From: Obrimoposthia wandeli
Lineage: Eukaryota
NCBI GenBank assembly: GCA_977020255.1
Contig: CDROCS010005216.1
Coordinates: forward strand, 1-64,000
DNA: 64,000 nucleotides
Direction of reading: 5' to 3'
The notes beneath the pieces are model-generated. The model was not told the DNA's origin. It made no database searches and saw only the letters and a list, made by a program, of their open reading frames with translations. Below are positions 1 to 10,408 of the stretch, piece after piece. Within the stretch, counting starts at the first letter, position 1; the number at the start of each line of letters is the position of its first letter. The position numbers were made by a program, and so were the translations under genes.

Positions 1-375
1 ATTAGAATGTGCGGGTAGTGTTTTTCTTCGGTGATAAATAATGGCATCTGATTTAGGGAAGGCGATTAAATGCTGCATGTTGAGGTTGATTTTTTCGCTT
101 GCTACAACGGCAGCTAGTGTTGATTCTATAGAGTCAACAGGGATAGTTTCAGGACTTTGTCCCGTTAACCCTAAAATAACGGCTTTACCGGTCCCATGAC
201 CGATACCGGTTTGGCCGAGTGAACCAAACAACTCACACTTAACGCGATCGGTCTCAGCTAATTTACCCGCAGCTATAAGATTTTCAACAAACAGCTTCGC
301 AGCTTTCATTGGGCCAACGGTATGAGAACTGGAAGGGCCAATTCCAATTGAAAACATATCAAATACACTAATCAT
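1..375 (-). CDS. sdaA: L-serine dehydratase (Fe-S dependent), N-terminal part; runs off the window edge
   Basis: Not in the ORF track. The reverse complement from the ATG at 375 reads MISVFDMFSIGIGPSSSHTVGPMKAA..., the SdaA N-terminal signature. The pabB-nudL-sdaA order matches enterobacterial synteny. Confidence 0.93.
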   Translation of the reverse strand, partial: MISVFDMFSIGIGPSSSHTVGPMKAAKLFVENLIAAGKLAETDRVKCELFGSLGQTGIGHGTGKAVILGLTGQSPETIPVDSIESTLAAVVASEKINLNMQHLIAFPKSDAIIYHRRKTLPAHSN

Positions 376-895
376 AATAAAACCTGAATAAATACTGTTA
401 AATATAAGTAAAAGTAAAATTTTGTTCGGTAATTGTAGCTGAAAGCCATTGGCATGCAAAACAAAATGTTGCTTCAATGTCGATAATTATAGCGGTAATT
501 TTCTTTTGATGATTAATTTTCTTTCGTATTAATGAGTTGTCAACACTAAGGTAATTAAAATATTCCCTTTCTAGTGTCAATATAGCGCCCTTAACTACGC
601 ATTGAGGGCCATATAATATGTAAATTTAACGAAAACAATGACTTTTTTGTTAAATCCACTGTGTTATTTGGGGGGGCCTTGGGTAATGGCTTAAGGTATT
701 ACAAATTATTATTGGTGTGAAAAGTGTCTCAACGAGGGCATAAATTTATCGAATAATTAATTTATGGTTTATATCAAGGAAGGCGTAATTAATAAAAATC
801 ATGTCTTATATGGAGGCTTTATCAGCAAGGTTATTGTTTCTGTAAACTGACGGTTTTGCGTTTTGCAGTGTTTATTTTTACTTAGGTTAGGGCGG

Positions 896-1474
896 TTAGC
901 CATTATGATTCAATAAAACACTTAAATCATGCAATATAGCCGCGGTTGCCCCCCAAATATTATATTGCTGGTAAGGCATAAAGTGTACATTGTGATGCAT
1001 GCCTTGATGATAAAAGGGAACCTGAATATGATGCTGGCGTTGCAAAAAGTGTGATAACGGTACTTGGAATACTTCTGATACTTCGTTTTCGTCAATTTGG
1101 TAGCTACCGTTTCCTGTCACCATAGCTACAATAGGAGTTATTTCGTAACCAGAAATAGTTTGGTAAGGTTTCAGTTGCCCAAGTACATCAATAAATGTCG
1201 ACTGCAGGCCAATTTCTTCCTGTGTTTCACGCAATGCTGTCGCGGTTATGTCATTATCGTAAGGTTCAACTTTTCCACCCGGAAAACTGATTTGCCCTGG
1301 GTGATGAGTGAGATGACTCGCACGTTTAGTTAACAGCACATCAAGCCTGTTTTGATTGCTAACAATAGGAATTAATACCGCGGCACTTTTTAGCTTATGC
1401 TGATAGCGAAATGTATGCACAGAAGTGGGTAAAGGCTGCATTTGAAAGCGCTGTATAAATTCATCTTTAGTCAT
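896..1474 (-). CDS. nudL: CoA pyrophosphatase, Nudix hydrolase
   Basis: Motifs SAAVLIP, LLTKRASHLTHHPGQISFPGG, Nudix box ALRETQEEIGL and NIWGATA. The ORF track starts at 1513; the ATG at 1474 has an AAGG SD and is the more likely start. Confidence 0.88.
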   Translation of the reverse strand: MTKDEFIQRFQMQPLPTSVHTFRYQHKLKSAAVLIPIVSNQNRLDVLLTKRASHLTHHPGQISFPGGKVEPYDNDITATALRETQEEIGLQSTFIDVLGQLKPYQTISGYEITPIVAMVTGNGSYQIDENEVSEVFQVPLSHFLQRQHHIQVPFYHQGMHHNVHFMPYQQYNIWGATAAILHDLSVLLNHNG

Positions 1475-1619
1475 ACATACCTTAAACGTTTTAGAATATA
1501 AACCATATGCCAACTTGGCGAGAGTTCGCTATCAATGCCATTATTGATCTCTAACCTTACTCTAACTATGCCTTAGCCAATAGGGCTAACAACATAAGTT
1601 CAGTCTAAGCAAATAGCAT

Positions 1620-3071
1620 TCAAGAATCTAAGTTGAGTTTACTTAAAATGGGTAAAATCTTATTCACTTTATCGTAAGTTTCTTGATACTCACTGTCAAC
1701 ATTTGAATCTGCGACGATACCACCACCGGCCCAGCAATGTATTTGCTTATTTTGGCAAACCAATGTTCGTATGGTAATGCTGGTGTCCATGTTACCGCAA
1801 GCAGAGAGATAGCCGATAGAGCCACAATAAACACTACGTTGATTTGGCTCTAGCTCTTCAATGATATCCATTGCTCTAATTTTCGGTGCACCCGTAATTG
1901 AACCACCAGGGAAAGAGGCACGTAACAGGTCGCTACCATCATACTCAGGCTTTATTTTACCTTCAACGGTACTAACTAAATGATGTACCGCGGGGAAACT
2001 TTCAATATTAAATAATGCCGGTACAGTTACGCTGCCAGGAATACAGACACGGCTAATGTCGTTACGTAGCAAGTCAACAATCATTAAGTTTTCAGCTCGG
2101 TCTTTACTTGCTTGCTGTAATTCGTCGGCGTTTGCTTGATCTATTACGGCATCATTACTGCGAGGGCGTGTTCCTTTAATAGGCTTACTTTGTACGTTAT
2201 TGCCATTTAACTGTAAAAAACGTTCTGGAGATATACTTAAAATAGCACTGTTTTCAAAACGTAGAAAAGCAGAAAAAGGGGCTTTGTTTTCTGCTCTTAA
2301 AGCACAGTAAGCTTGATATTCGTTGCCGCGATACTGCGCGGTAAAACGTTGAGCTAGGTTAATTTGATAGCAATCGCCTGAAAGTAAGTAATCGTGTACT
2401 TGCTTGAATTTTTCTTGATATTGCGCACGTAGCATATTTGACTGCCAAGGCGTCGTGAGTTTAAAATTAGGCGCAGAAAAGTGCTGTGGCGCATTTGTTT
2501 GTTGGCTCTTTTCGCTTAAGGGATTACTTTTGATAAGAGCATGTTGAAAAAAGTCGATAAGTGCTGCTCTTTGATCATCAAGGCATAGCAACCAACATTG
2601 TTTTAGCTTTCGATCGTAGACTACAGCTTGTTGATATATCCCTATTGCCATTTCAGGTATCGCAATATCTTTATTGTTTTTCTGCTGAATAACTTCAAAA
2701 CGCTTACCTAAATCGTAAGCGAAATAGCCAACAGCACCACCTTTAAATGGCAGGTCATTTGTACTAATAGTAATGTCACTAAAACAAGTGCTTTGCTCAC
2801 GTTTTAATAATAACAAAGGGTCTTCATCGCTTTGATATTGGCTATTATCAAGTCGGTTTTTAACCGTAGTTATATTAGCTAAGGTGGTCAATGTAATGCT
2901 AGGTTGCCAAACAATAATGTCATAGCGACTATCGACATGTTCACTCTCGCAAGAATCTAACCACATCGCCCAAGGCTGCTCTGAAATTGTAGCGAAGAGA
3001 GCTTGGCTATCAAACCTTGCATCAAGGGGTAATAATTCTGCAGAAAGCTGTTTTAATGAATGATTTGGCAA
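1620..3071 (-). CDS. pabB: Aminodeoxychorismate synthase component I
   Basis: Chorismate-binding motifs GDCYQINLAQRF, SISPERFL, KPIKGTRPR, AENLMIVDLLRNDI, SFPGGSITGAPKIRAM and GGGIVADS. Confidence 0.95.
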   Translation of the reverse strand: MPNHSLKQLSAELLPLDARFDSQALFATISEQPWAMWLDSCESEHVDSRYDIIVWQPSITLTTLANITTVKNRLDNSQYQSDEDPLLLLKREQSTCFSDITISTNDLPFKGGAVGYFAYDLGKRFEVIQQKNNKDIAIPEMAIGIYQQAVVYDRKLKQCWLLCLDDQRAALIDFFQHALIKSNPLSEKSQQTNAPQHFSAPNFKLTTPWQSNMLRAQYQEKFKQVHDYLLSGDCYQINLAQRFTAQYRGNEYQAYCALRAENKAPFSAFLRFENSAILSISPERFLQLNGNNVQSKPIKGTRPRSNDAVIDQANADELQQASKDRAENLMIVDLLRNDISRVCIPGSVTVPALFNIESFPAVHHLVSTVEGKIKPEYDGSDLLRASFPGGSITGAPKIRAMDIIEELEPNQRSVYCGSIGYLSACGNMDTSITIRTLVCQNKQIHCWAGGGIVADSNVDSEYQETYDKVNKILPILSKLNLDS

Positions 3072-3293
3072 AGTATTCTCACACGATTATTTTAAGTGGT
3101 TAAATTAAGTGATTATATTAAGTAATTATAGCCAAATGATACTCAAGCATGCCGCTTGAATTCGCTTGGGTATATTCTATGTTAAAGCCATTAGACCATT
3201 TGATACTGGTAGGTATTTAACAAGCAAGGTATGATATCGGCAAATTTATAACTTTCAACTCTTCTCTCGCCCAATTACTAAAAAGAGACCGTT

Positions 3294-4820
3294 ATGGCTA
3301 TTATTAAACAACAAGATTTAATCGAAAGTGTTGCAGATGCACTGCAATATATCTCTTATTATCATCCCCTTGATTTTATTCAAGCACTTGAAAAGGCTTA
3401 TCACAAAGAAGAAAGTCAGCCAGCTAAAGATGCTATTGCACAAATATTAATTAACTCGCGTATGTCAGCGCACGGTAAACGACCAATTTGCCAAGATACT
3501 GGCATTGTGACTTGCTTCGTTAAAGTCGGTATGGCGGTGCAGTGGGACAAAACTGATATGACAGTGCAACAAATGGTTGATGAAGGGACACGCCAAGCGT
3601 ACCTTAATCCTGATAATCCATTACGTGCATCAATTGTTGCAGACCCTGCAGGTAAACGTACCAATACCAAAGATAATACCCCAGCCGTTGTGCATATTGA
3701 TATGGTTGCAGGGAATGAAATTGAAATCATGATCGCAGCGAAAGGCGGCGGTAGTGAAAACAAGTCTAAAATGGCGATGTTAAACCCGAGTGACTCTATT
3801 GCTGATTGGGTTGTTAAAACACTACCGACTATGGGTGCAGGTTGGTGTCCACCCGGCATGTTAGGCATAGGCATTGGCGGTACAGCTGAAAAAGCTGGCG
3901 TTTTAGCGAAAGAAAGCTTGATGGATCCAGTTAATATTCAAGAGCTTATTGATCGCGGTGCTGAAACAGCGGAAGAAAAACTACGCTTAGAAATTTACGA
4001 GCGTGTTAATAAACTGGGTATTGGTGCACAAGGCTTAGGCGGTTTAACTACCGTGGTTGATATTAAAATTAATTCTGTCCCTACACATGCAGCGTCATTA
4101 CCCGTGGTTATGATCCCAAATTGTGCGGCAACTCGCCATGTGCATTTTCACCTTGATGGCTCAGGTCCAGCAGAGTTAACACCACCTAAATTGGAAGACT
4201 GGCCTGAAATTACGTGGGAAGTGGGCGAAAATGTTCGTCGTGTTAATGTTGATGAATTATCGAAAGCTGATATTACAGAATGGAAAACAGGTGAAACAGT
4301 TTTATTGAGCGGTACTATTTTAACCGGTCGTGACGCGGCACATAAGCGTATTCAAGAAATGTTAGCGGCAGGACAAAAACTACCTGTTGATTTCACTGAT
4401 AAATTTATTTACTACGTAGGTCCTGTTGACGCTATAGGTGATGAAGCTGTAGGTCCTGCAGGCCCTACAACGGCTACGCGAATGGATAAATTTACTGAAA
4501 TGATGCTGTCAGAAACAGGATTGTTAGGCACTATTGGTAAAGCTGAACGTGGTCCAGAAACAGTAGAATGCATTAAAAATCATAAGTCAGTTTATTTAAT
4601 GGCGGTTGGTGGTGCGGCTTACTTGGTCTCTAAAGCGATTAAAAAAGCAAAAGTGGTCGCTTTTGAAGATATGGGTATGGAAGCTATTTATGAATTTGTC
4701 GTTGAAGATATGCCCGTCACGGTTGCTGTTGATAGCCTAGGTGAGTCAGCGCACGTAACAGGGCCTGCTATTTGGCAAGCAAAAATAGAAGAGCTTGATA
4801 GCAAATTAAAAGCCAAGTAG
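3294..4820 (+). CDS. fumA: Class I (Fe-S) fumarate hydratase
   Basis: RPICQDTG, AAKGGGSEN, GWCPPG, IPNCAATRH, TGRDAAHKR and GPTTATRMD motifs; divergent from pabB. Confidence 0.92.
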   Translation: MAIIKQQDLIESVADALQYISYYHPLDFIQALEKAYHKEESQPAKDAIAQILINSRMSAHGKRPICQDTGIVTCFVKVGMAVQWDKTDMTVQQMVDEGTRQAYLNPDNPLRASIVADPAGKRTNTKDNTPAVVHIDMVAGNEIEIMIAAKGGGSENKSKMAMLNPSDSIADWVVKTLPTMGAGWCPPGMLGIGIGGTAEKAGVLAKESLMDPVNIQELIDRGAETAEEKLRLEIYERVNKLGIGAQGLGGLTTVVDIKINSVPTHAASLPVVMIPNCAATRHVHFHLDGSGPAELTPPKLEDWPEITWEVGENVRRVNVDELSKADITEWKTGETVLLSGTILTGRDAAHKRIQEMLAAGQKLPVDFTDKFIYYVGPVDAIGDEAVGPAGPTTATRMDKFTEMMLSETGLLGTIGKAERGPETVECIKNHKSVYLMAVGGAAYLVSKAIKKAKVVAFEDMGMEAIYEFVVEDMPVTVAVDSLGESAHVTGPAIWQAKIEELDSKLKAK

Positions 4821-4835
4821 CTTCTCTATTATTCT

Positions 4836-4860
4836 AAACGCCCATACGGGCGTTTTTTTT
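4836..4860 (+). terminator. Rho-independent terminator after fumarase
   Basis: AAACGCCC-ATAC-GGGCGTTT stem followed by a T run. Confidence 0.85.
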
Positions 4861-4993
4861 ACTTCAAAAAGCATAAAGTAATGATGATATGAAGCCAAGT
4901 GTTAAAGTATTAATATAGAGAAAATGTAAACAAATTATAAAAATAAATATAGAAAAAAATAATAAATATCACCCACAACATAAGTAGGATGTT

Positions 4994-7030
4994 ATGAAAA
5001 AAAAATTGATTAATATAGCCGCTATCACAACGCTAGCCTTTTCTAGCTTATCGATAGCAGCAAACAACAACACCCCTAAGGCACTAGATATATCAGCACT
5101 GACGCAGCTGAATCAAATTCATGATTTTGTCGTTTCACCTAAAGGCGATAGTTTTATCTATCGACTAAAAAAGGGCATTCGCTCTGAGAGTAACCACCTT
5201 TATTTACAGCAGCTTAATTCTACTGAAGCGAAGCAGTTAACCAGTAATAAAAGCGGTGAAAGTAATGTGGTGTATGCGCAAGACGGCAAAAGCATCTACT
5301 TTTTATCAGCGCGTAGTGGCTCATCACAAATTTGGCAGTTAGCGTTAAATGGCGGAGAAGCGCAGCAAATTTCGAATTTAGCGCTTGATATTAATGGCTT
5401 TCAAGTCTCGAACGATGGTCAAAATTTTGCGCTCGCTTTAACTGTGATGCCTGGCTGTAAAACTCTGCAATGTACACTTGATGCACGAGCGGCTGATCAA
5501 GATAAAAAGCACAATGTTAGAGTGTACGATCAACTTATGGTTCGTCATTGGGATACTTGGAATGACGCTTATAAGTCGCATCTATTTATTGCTAACAAGG
5601 CAGAGAAGGGCGCTTTTACTGACGCGCGTGACTTAATGCCAACATGGCAGGGCGATATTGCTGGCGCAGGCGAAGTGAGCTTTCACCCTGATGGCCAACG
5701 TTTAAGCTTTTCAGCGAAAGCGCCGAGTAAAGATGAAGCGTGGACAACAAACTTTGACATTTTTGAAGTTGATTTGAACACTAAAGAGCGAGTTAATTTA
5801 ACCGCTGAAAATACCGCTTGGGATGCAAAACCGGTTTATTCACCTAATGGTCGATTCCTTGCCTATAAAGCGATGACAGTACCGGGCTACGAGTCAGACA
5901 AATTTACCGTTATGATCCGCGATGGCAAAACCGGTAAAACTCGCGCGGTAGCAAAACAATGGGATCGCTCTGTTAGTGAGTTAGTTTTTGCTGATGACAA
6001 CCGCACACTTTATGTTACTGCCAATGACTTAGGGCAAAAGAGTATTTTTGAAATCAACCCTGAGTTTGGTGATGTTCGTACGGTCTTCAATGACGGCACA
6101 GCAGGTAAAATAGCGGTGAGTGCAGATAAAGTTTTCTTTACTCGTCATGCCTTAGATGCGCCAACGAACATTTACGCTATCGATCGTGATGGCTACCAAT
6201 TAAAGCAGTTAACGCACGTTAACAAAGATAAATTAGCCAATATTACACTAGCCGAGTTTGAGCAATTTAGTTTTAAAGGTTGGAATGACGAGGACGTGTT
6301 AGGTTATTGGTTAAAACCGGCCGATTACCAAGTAGGTAATAAATACCCGATTGCTTTTTTAGTTCATGGTGGACCTCAAGGTAGCTTTGGCAATATGTTT
6401 CATTACCGTTGGAATGCTCAATTATGGGCAGCACAAGGTTATGCTGTCGTGATGATAGATTTTCATGGCTCCATTGGTTACGGACAAAAATTTACTGACT
6501 CAATTGCGCGTGACTGGGGTGGCAAACCACTAGAAGACTTACAAAAAGGCCTAGCAGATATTACCAAACAACAACCTTGGATGGACGCCAATAATGCTTG
6601 TGCGCTTGGTGCTTCTTATGGTGGTTACATGATGAACTGGATCCAAGGTAATTGGTCAGAAGGGTTTAACTGTATCGTTAATCATGCCGGTTTGTACGAT
6701 ATGCCAAGCTTTTATGGTTCAACAGAAGAGTTATGGTTTCCTGAACATGATATGGGTGGCCCGGTGTGGGAAGGTAGTGAAGACTACAATAAATACAATC
6801 CTGCCGCTTTAGTAAAGAACTGGCAAACACCGATGTTAGTGATCCAAGGCGAACTAGATTATCGTGTACCTTACGCACAAAGTTTAGGTGCATTTACGGC
6901 TTTGCAGCGTCAAAATATTGCGAGTCGTTTAGTGATGTTTCCTGATGAAGATCATCATATTCGAAACCCTGATAACTTGAAAGTATGGTATCAAGAAGTT
7001 TTTAATTGGATGAAAAAGTACACTAAGTAA
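4994..7030 (+). CDS. Secreted S9 (prolyl oligopeptidase family) peptidase with beta-propeller/PD40-like repeats
   Basis: Signal peptide (ends ...LSIAA), VHGGPQG, nucleophile GASYGG, GELDYRVP (Asp) and FPDEDH (His). Confidence 0.92.
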   Translation: MKKKLINIAAITTLAFSSLSIAANNNTPKALDISALTQLNQIHDFVVSPKGDSFIYRLKKGIRSESNHLYLQQLNSTEAKQLTSNKSGESNVVYAQDGKSIYFLSARSGSSQIWQLALNGGEAQQISNLALDINGFQVSNDGQNFALALTVMPGCKTLQCTLDARAADQDKKHNVRVYDQLMVRHWDTWNDAYKSHLFIANKAEKGAFTDARDLMPTWQGDIAGAGEVSFHPDGQRLSFSAKAPSKDEAWTTNFDIFEVDLNTKERVNLTAENTAWDAKPVYSPNGRFLAYKAMTVPGYESDKFTVMIRDGKTGKTRAVAKQWDRSVSELVFADDNRTLYVTANDLGQKSIFEINPEFGDVRTVFNDGTAGKIAVSADKVFFTRHALDAPTNIYAIDRDGYQLKQLTHVNKDKLANITLAEFEQFSFKGWNDEDVLGYWLKPADYQVGNKYPIAFLVHGGPQGSFGNMFHYRWNAQLWAAQGYAVVMIDFHGSIGYGQKFTDSIARDWGGKPLEDLQKGLADITKQQPWMDANNACALGASYGGYMMNWIQGNWSEGFNCIVNHAGLYDMPSFYGSTEELWFPEHDMGGPVWEGSEDYNKYNPAALVKNWQTPMLVIQGELDYRVPYAQSLGAFTALQRQNIASRLVMFPDEDHHIRNPDNLKVWYQEVFNWMKKYTK

Positions 7031-7078
7031 CGAGTGATTGCGCCACATAGCGAATAAGTTAAGTTTCACTTATTCAAT

Positions 7079-7118
7079 AAAAAACGGTAATTCAACTTAA
7101 TGAATTACCGTTTTTTTT
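7079..7118 (+). terminator. Rho-independent, probably bidirectional terminator
   Basis: AAAAAACGGTAATTCA-ACTTAA-TGAATTACCGTTTTTTTT. Confidence 0.85.
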
Positions 7119-7335
7119 GCGTATATTAACACTAGGCTAATTTACCTGTAGAGCTTGTTTTTATTGGTATAAAACGTGGATTAAATAACACTTAAGCTTT
7201 CAGCATTAACTATTATTCTTAGTCAATCAAAGGGCGAGGATAGAGCACCGCTTTTTATGCTAAGTAGGGAACAAGGTTAAGCAATAAAGGAGTTTAAATA
7301 TTAGTTAACCTTATCAGTAAAATATGCTCTAATAA

Positions 7336-7351
7336 CTGTTATTATTTACAG
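7336..7351. promoter_or_regulatory. LexA (SOS) box upstream of rmuC
   Basis: CTGT-TATTATTT-ACAG (CTGT-N8-ACAG), just downstream of a TATGCT -10-like hexamer at 7323-7328. rmuC/yigN is LexA-regulated in E. coli. Confidence 0.8.
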
Positions 7352-7372
7352 TGTTTGGCGTTACAGGTTACA

Positions 7373-8821
7373 ATGAATTCATCACTTAATTTCCCTTGGT
7401 TAGCTCTAGATAATTTTTCGACCTTAATCGCGATAACGTTAGTGCTACTTATTAGTTTAGTTCTTCTTGCATTAGCATTACTGCGTCAAGTTGCAATAAG
7501 CCGTTCATCCTTTATTTCCCAACAACAGCTTTTGCAACAACTCGCGGAAAAAGTGAACTTAAGTTACGAAGTTAACGCGAGTAATCAGCAACAACTACAG
7601 CAGCAATTAAACTTTAATCATCAGCAATTGGCCAAACAACAAAGCGAGTTAAAAACTTACTTTGAGCAGCAAATATCAGACTTTAAGTTGAAGTTATTGC
7701 GTCAACATGGTGAGCAAGGTGAAAAACAAGCACAGCAATTAGCTAATAACAGTGAGCAGCTTAAAAATACCTTATATGAACACCACGTTACCTTTAGTGA
7801 TAATCAACGTAAAGCGACTGAGCAACTGACAACACAACTTACGGCAACATCTAAGTTAGGTCGTGAAGAAATGGCCAAATCATTACTCTTATCTAGCGAG
7901 CAAATGGCCAAGCGCATTGATGAACTTACTGTTTCAACAGACAATCGCCTTAAAGATATCAGCGGTCAGGTAGAAAAACGTTTAGCTGATGGCTTTGAGA
8001 AAACAACAAAAACCTTTAATGATATTTTACAGCGTTTGGCGCTTATTGATGACGCACAGAAAAAAATCACCGAACTGTCGACTAATGTTGTCAGTCTGCA
8101 AGAAGTGCTCTCAGATAAGCGTTCGCGTGGTGCTTTTGGTGAAGTGCAGTTAAATGCGTTAATTCGCAATGTGCTACCAGAACAACACTTTTCACTACAG
8201 CACACGTTGTCGAATGGTAAAATTGCTGATTGCATTCTATTTTTACCTGAGCCGACCGGTAACGTTGTGGTTGATTCTAAATTCCCGTTAGAAAGCTATA
8301 AAAAAATGGCCGACAATACCCTAGGCGAGTTTGAGCGCAAAGCGGCTGAGCGCCAATTTAAACTGGATATTAAAAAGCATATTAATGATATTAGTGACAA
8401 ATATTTAATTGAAAAAGAAACCGCTGATGGCGCAGTGATGTTCATTCCTGCTGAAGCTATTTTTGCTGAAATACACGCACATCATAGTGACTTGGTGGAC
8501 TACGCAAATAAAAAACGGGTTTGGTTAGCGTCACCAACGACATTGATGGCCATTTTAACGACCGCTCGTTCAGTGTTGAAAGATGAAGCGACTCGCAAGC
8601 AAATACATGTTATTCAAGCGCATTTATCGCATTTAGCGGCTGATTTTTCACGCTTTAAGGGCCGCTTTGCTAATTTAGCTAAACATATTGATCAAGCGGC
8701 AAGCGATGTAAAACAGATCCATACCTCGGCAGATAAAATTAGTAATCGTTTTGAAAAAATAGAACAAGTTGAGTTAAAGCAAGAAGAAAAAGAAGAGAGT
8801 GTTGCGATACCTACTGACTAA
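7373..8821 (+). CDS. rmuC: DNA recombination protein RmuC
   Basis: N-terminal TM helix, long coiled coil, then RGAFGEVQL, VVVDSKFPLE, MFIPAEAIFAEI and SPTTLMAIL. The ORF track starts at TTG 7355; ATG 7373 is preferred. Confidence 0.92.
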   Translation: MNSSLNFPWLALDNFSTLIAITLVLLISLVLLALALLRQVAISRSSFISQQQLLQQLAEKVNLSYEVNASNQQQLQQQLNFNHQQLAKQQSELKTYFEQQISDFKLKLLRQHGEQGEKQAQQLANNSEQLKNTLYEHHVTFSDNQRKATEQLTTQLTATSKLGREEMAKSLLLSSEQMAKRIDELTVSTDNRLKDISGQVEKRLADGFEKTTKTFNDILQRLALIDDAQKKITELSTNVVSLQEVLSDKRSRGAFGEVQLNALIRNVLPEQHFSLQHTLSNGKIADCILFLPEPTGNVVVDSKFPLESYKKMADNTLGEFERKAAERQFKLDIKKHINDISDKYLIEKETADGAVMFIPAEAIFAEIHAHHSDLVDYANKKRVWLASPTTLMAILTTARSVLKDEATRKQIHVIQAHLSHLAADFSRFKGRFANLAKHIDQAASDVKQIHTSADKISNRFEKIEQVELKQEEKEESVAIPTD

Positions 8822-8978
8822 AGACCCTAATATAAATAACCCAGAATGAAACCGTGATAATAATCGTCGTATGCTATTTTTAACGATGTAATTACCATCG
8901 CTTTCAGTGAGTGCTGACCGTTAACGTTTTAGCTAAAGGATAGCACCTAAAACAACGCATCACTTATCATTACTTACC

Positions 8979-10181
8979 TTGGAGATATACTTGCCTCAGT
9001 TTTTAAGTGCTTTAAAAAGTGTTGTTGTTAGTTTAGTTTTATTTTTTATAGTCTTGATACTTGTTGAACATTATCAAACGTATTGGCGAGTAAAAATTGA
9101 GCTTATTGAACAGGTGATTTTCGGCCTGTTTACCATCACTATTCTCTTATCGAGTTACTTTAATCGCAGCCGATTAACTTTGGCAGCGCTTGCCTTTTTA
9201 GTCTTTTATCTGATCTTAGAACAGGTATTACCTTGGCGAGCATGGTTGCTCTTACATCATGAATGGTCGACGATATTTGGCGCAGCTCTATTGTCTTTAT
9301 TGAGTGTTATTAAAGACCGAGGGCTTATATCGATTCATGGCCTATACCGTGTTGTATGTTTATTTATTCTAGGTTTTGCTAGCTACTATTGGTTAGATTT
9401 TGCTGATGTACTCAGTTTGCGATTAATGGATACTCCATACTTAACATCTTGGTTGAAATACCTTTCTGTCGAGCTACCTTTAGTACTTCTAACATTGCTA
9501 TTGTTGTGGCAATGCTTACGAGAAAAAAGTCTGGTGAATAGCGCATTATTAGCGAGCTTATCCGTTTGGCTTGGCCATTATTACCATTTAATCACCTTAC
9601 CTTGGAGCGTATTACTCACTGTAGTGATGACGCTTTATATTTGCGTTGTTGTGGTTGACTCATATTTCTTGGCTTATCGAGATGAACTCACCGCTTTACC
9701 TTCACGTCGTGCACTCAATCAACGCGCTTTATCTCTAGGGCGAAAATACACCCTTGCTATGCTCGATATTGATCATTTTAAAAAATTTAATGATACTTAT
9801 GGTCATGATATTGGTGATCAAGTACTAAAACTTGTCGCGAGTAAATTAGCGCAAGTGAAAAGTTCTGGTCGCGTATTTCGTTATGGCGGAGAAGAATTTA
9901 CCATTATTTTTGCGGGTAAAAATACAGAGCAAGCCAAACCTGCGCTAGAAGCGGTAAGGCAAGCAATAGAAGACTATAAGATTGTGGTTCGCCAAATACA
10001 GCGAAAAACTAAACGAGCGCGAACAGGAAAAAAGGCTGAGCAGGTAAAAACAGTCAGTGTCACCATCTCTATTGGGCTGGCCGCAAAAACATCAACGTTA
10101 AGTTTTGAGCAAACCTTAAAGTTGGCTGATCAAGCGTTGTATCGAGCGAAAAAATCAGGACGCAATAAAGTCAGTGAGTAA
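8979..10181 (+). CDS. Membrane-anchored diguanylate cyclase (GGDEF domain)
   Basis: Multi-TM N-terminus, then DELTALPSRRAL, DIDHFKKFNDTYGHDIGDQVL, RYGGEEF and ADQALYRAKKSGRN. Confidence 0.92.
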   Translation: MEIYLPQFLSALKSVVVSLVLFFIVLILVEHYQTYWRVKIELIEQVIFGLFTITILLSSYFNRSRLTLAALAFLVFYLILEQVLPWRAWLLLHHEWSTIFGAALLSLLSVIKDRGLISIHGLYRVVCLFILGFASYYWLDFADVLSLRLMDTPYLTSWLKYLSVELPLVLLTLLLLWQCLREKSLVNSALLASLSVWLGHYYHLITLPWSVLLTVVMTLYICVVVVDSYFLAYRDELTALPSRRALNQRALSLGRKYTLAMLDIDHFKKFNDTYGHDIGDQVLKLVASKLAQVKSSGRVFRYGGEEFTIIFAGKNTEQAKPALEAVRQAIEDYKIVVRQIQRKTKRARTGKKAEQVKTVSVTISIGLAAKTSTLSFEQTLKLADQALYRAKKSGRNKVSE

Positions 10182-10283
10182 TAACGATAAACTAAAGAGA
10201 CAATGAGTGCTTTGACCGTATATTTATTTAGCGATTAAGCTCTTTCTGCTTGTTACTCACTAAAGATAGAGCACTTATTACTA

Positions 10284-10311
10284 AAAGCCCACGATGGTTA
10301 TCATGGGCTTT
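10284..10311. terminator. Hairpin between convergent GGDEF and NSS genes, probable bidirectional terminator
   Basis: AAAGCCCA...TGGGCTTT inverted repeat. Confidence 0.55.
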
Positions 10312-10408
10312 GGCATATTAAATTGAATGATTAAATGTCGTCAAAATGTTACTGCAATACTGCTTTAATGCAATAGTGACTAATTCAGTAGTGTTTAATT
10401 AAGCATGC

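Noticed and set aside
1-375. sdaA and bkdB (63038-64000) absent from the ORF track, suggesting pseudogenes
   Set aside because: Both are simply cut by the window edges; the frames read open.
398-580. 60-aa minus-strand ORF upstream of sdaA
   Set aside because: TTG-type start, no SD, no recognisable motif; lies in the AT-rich sdaA promoter region.
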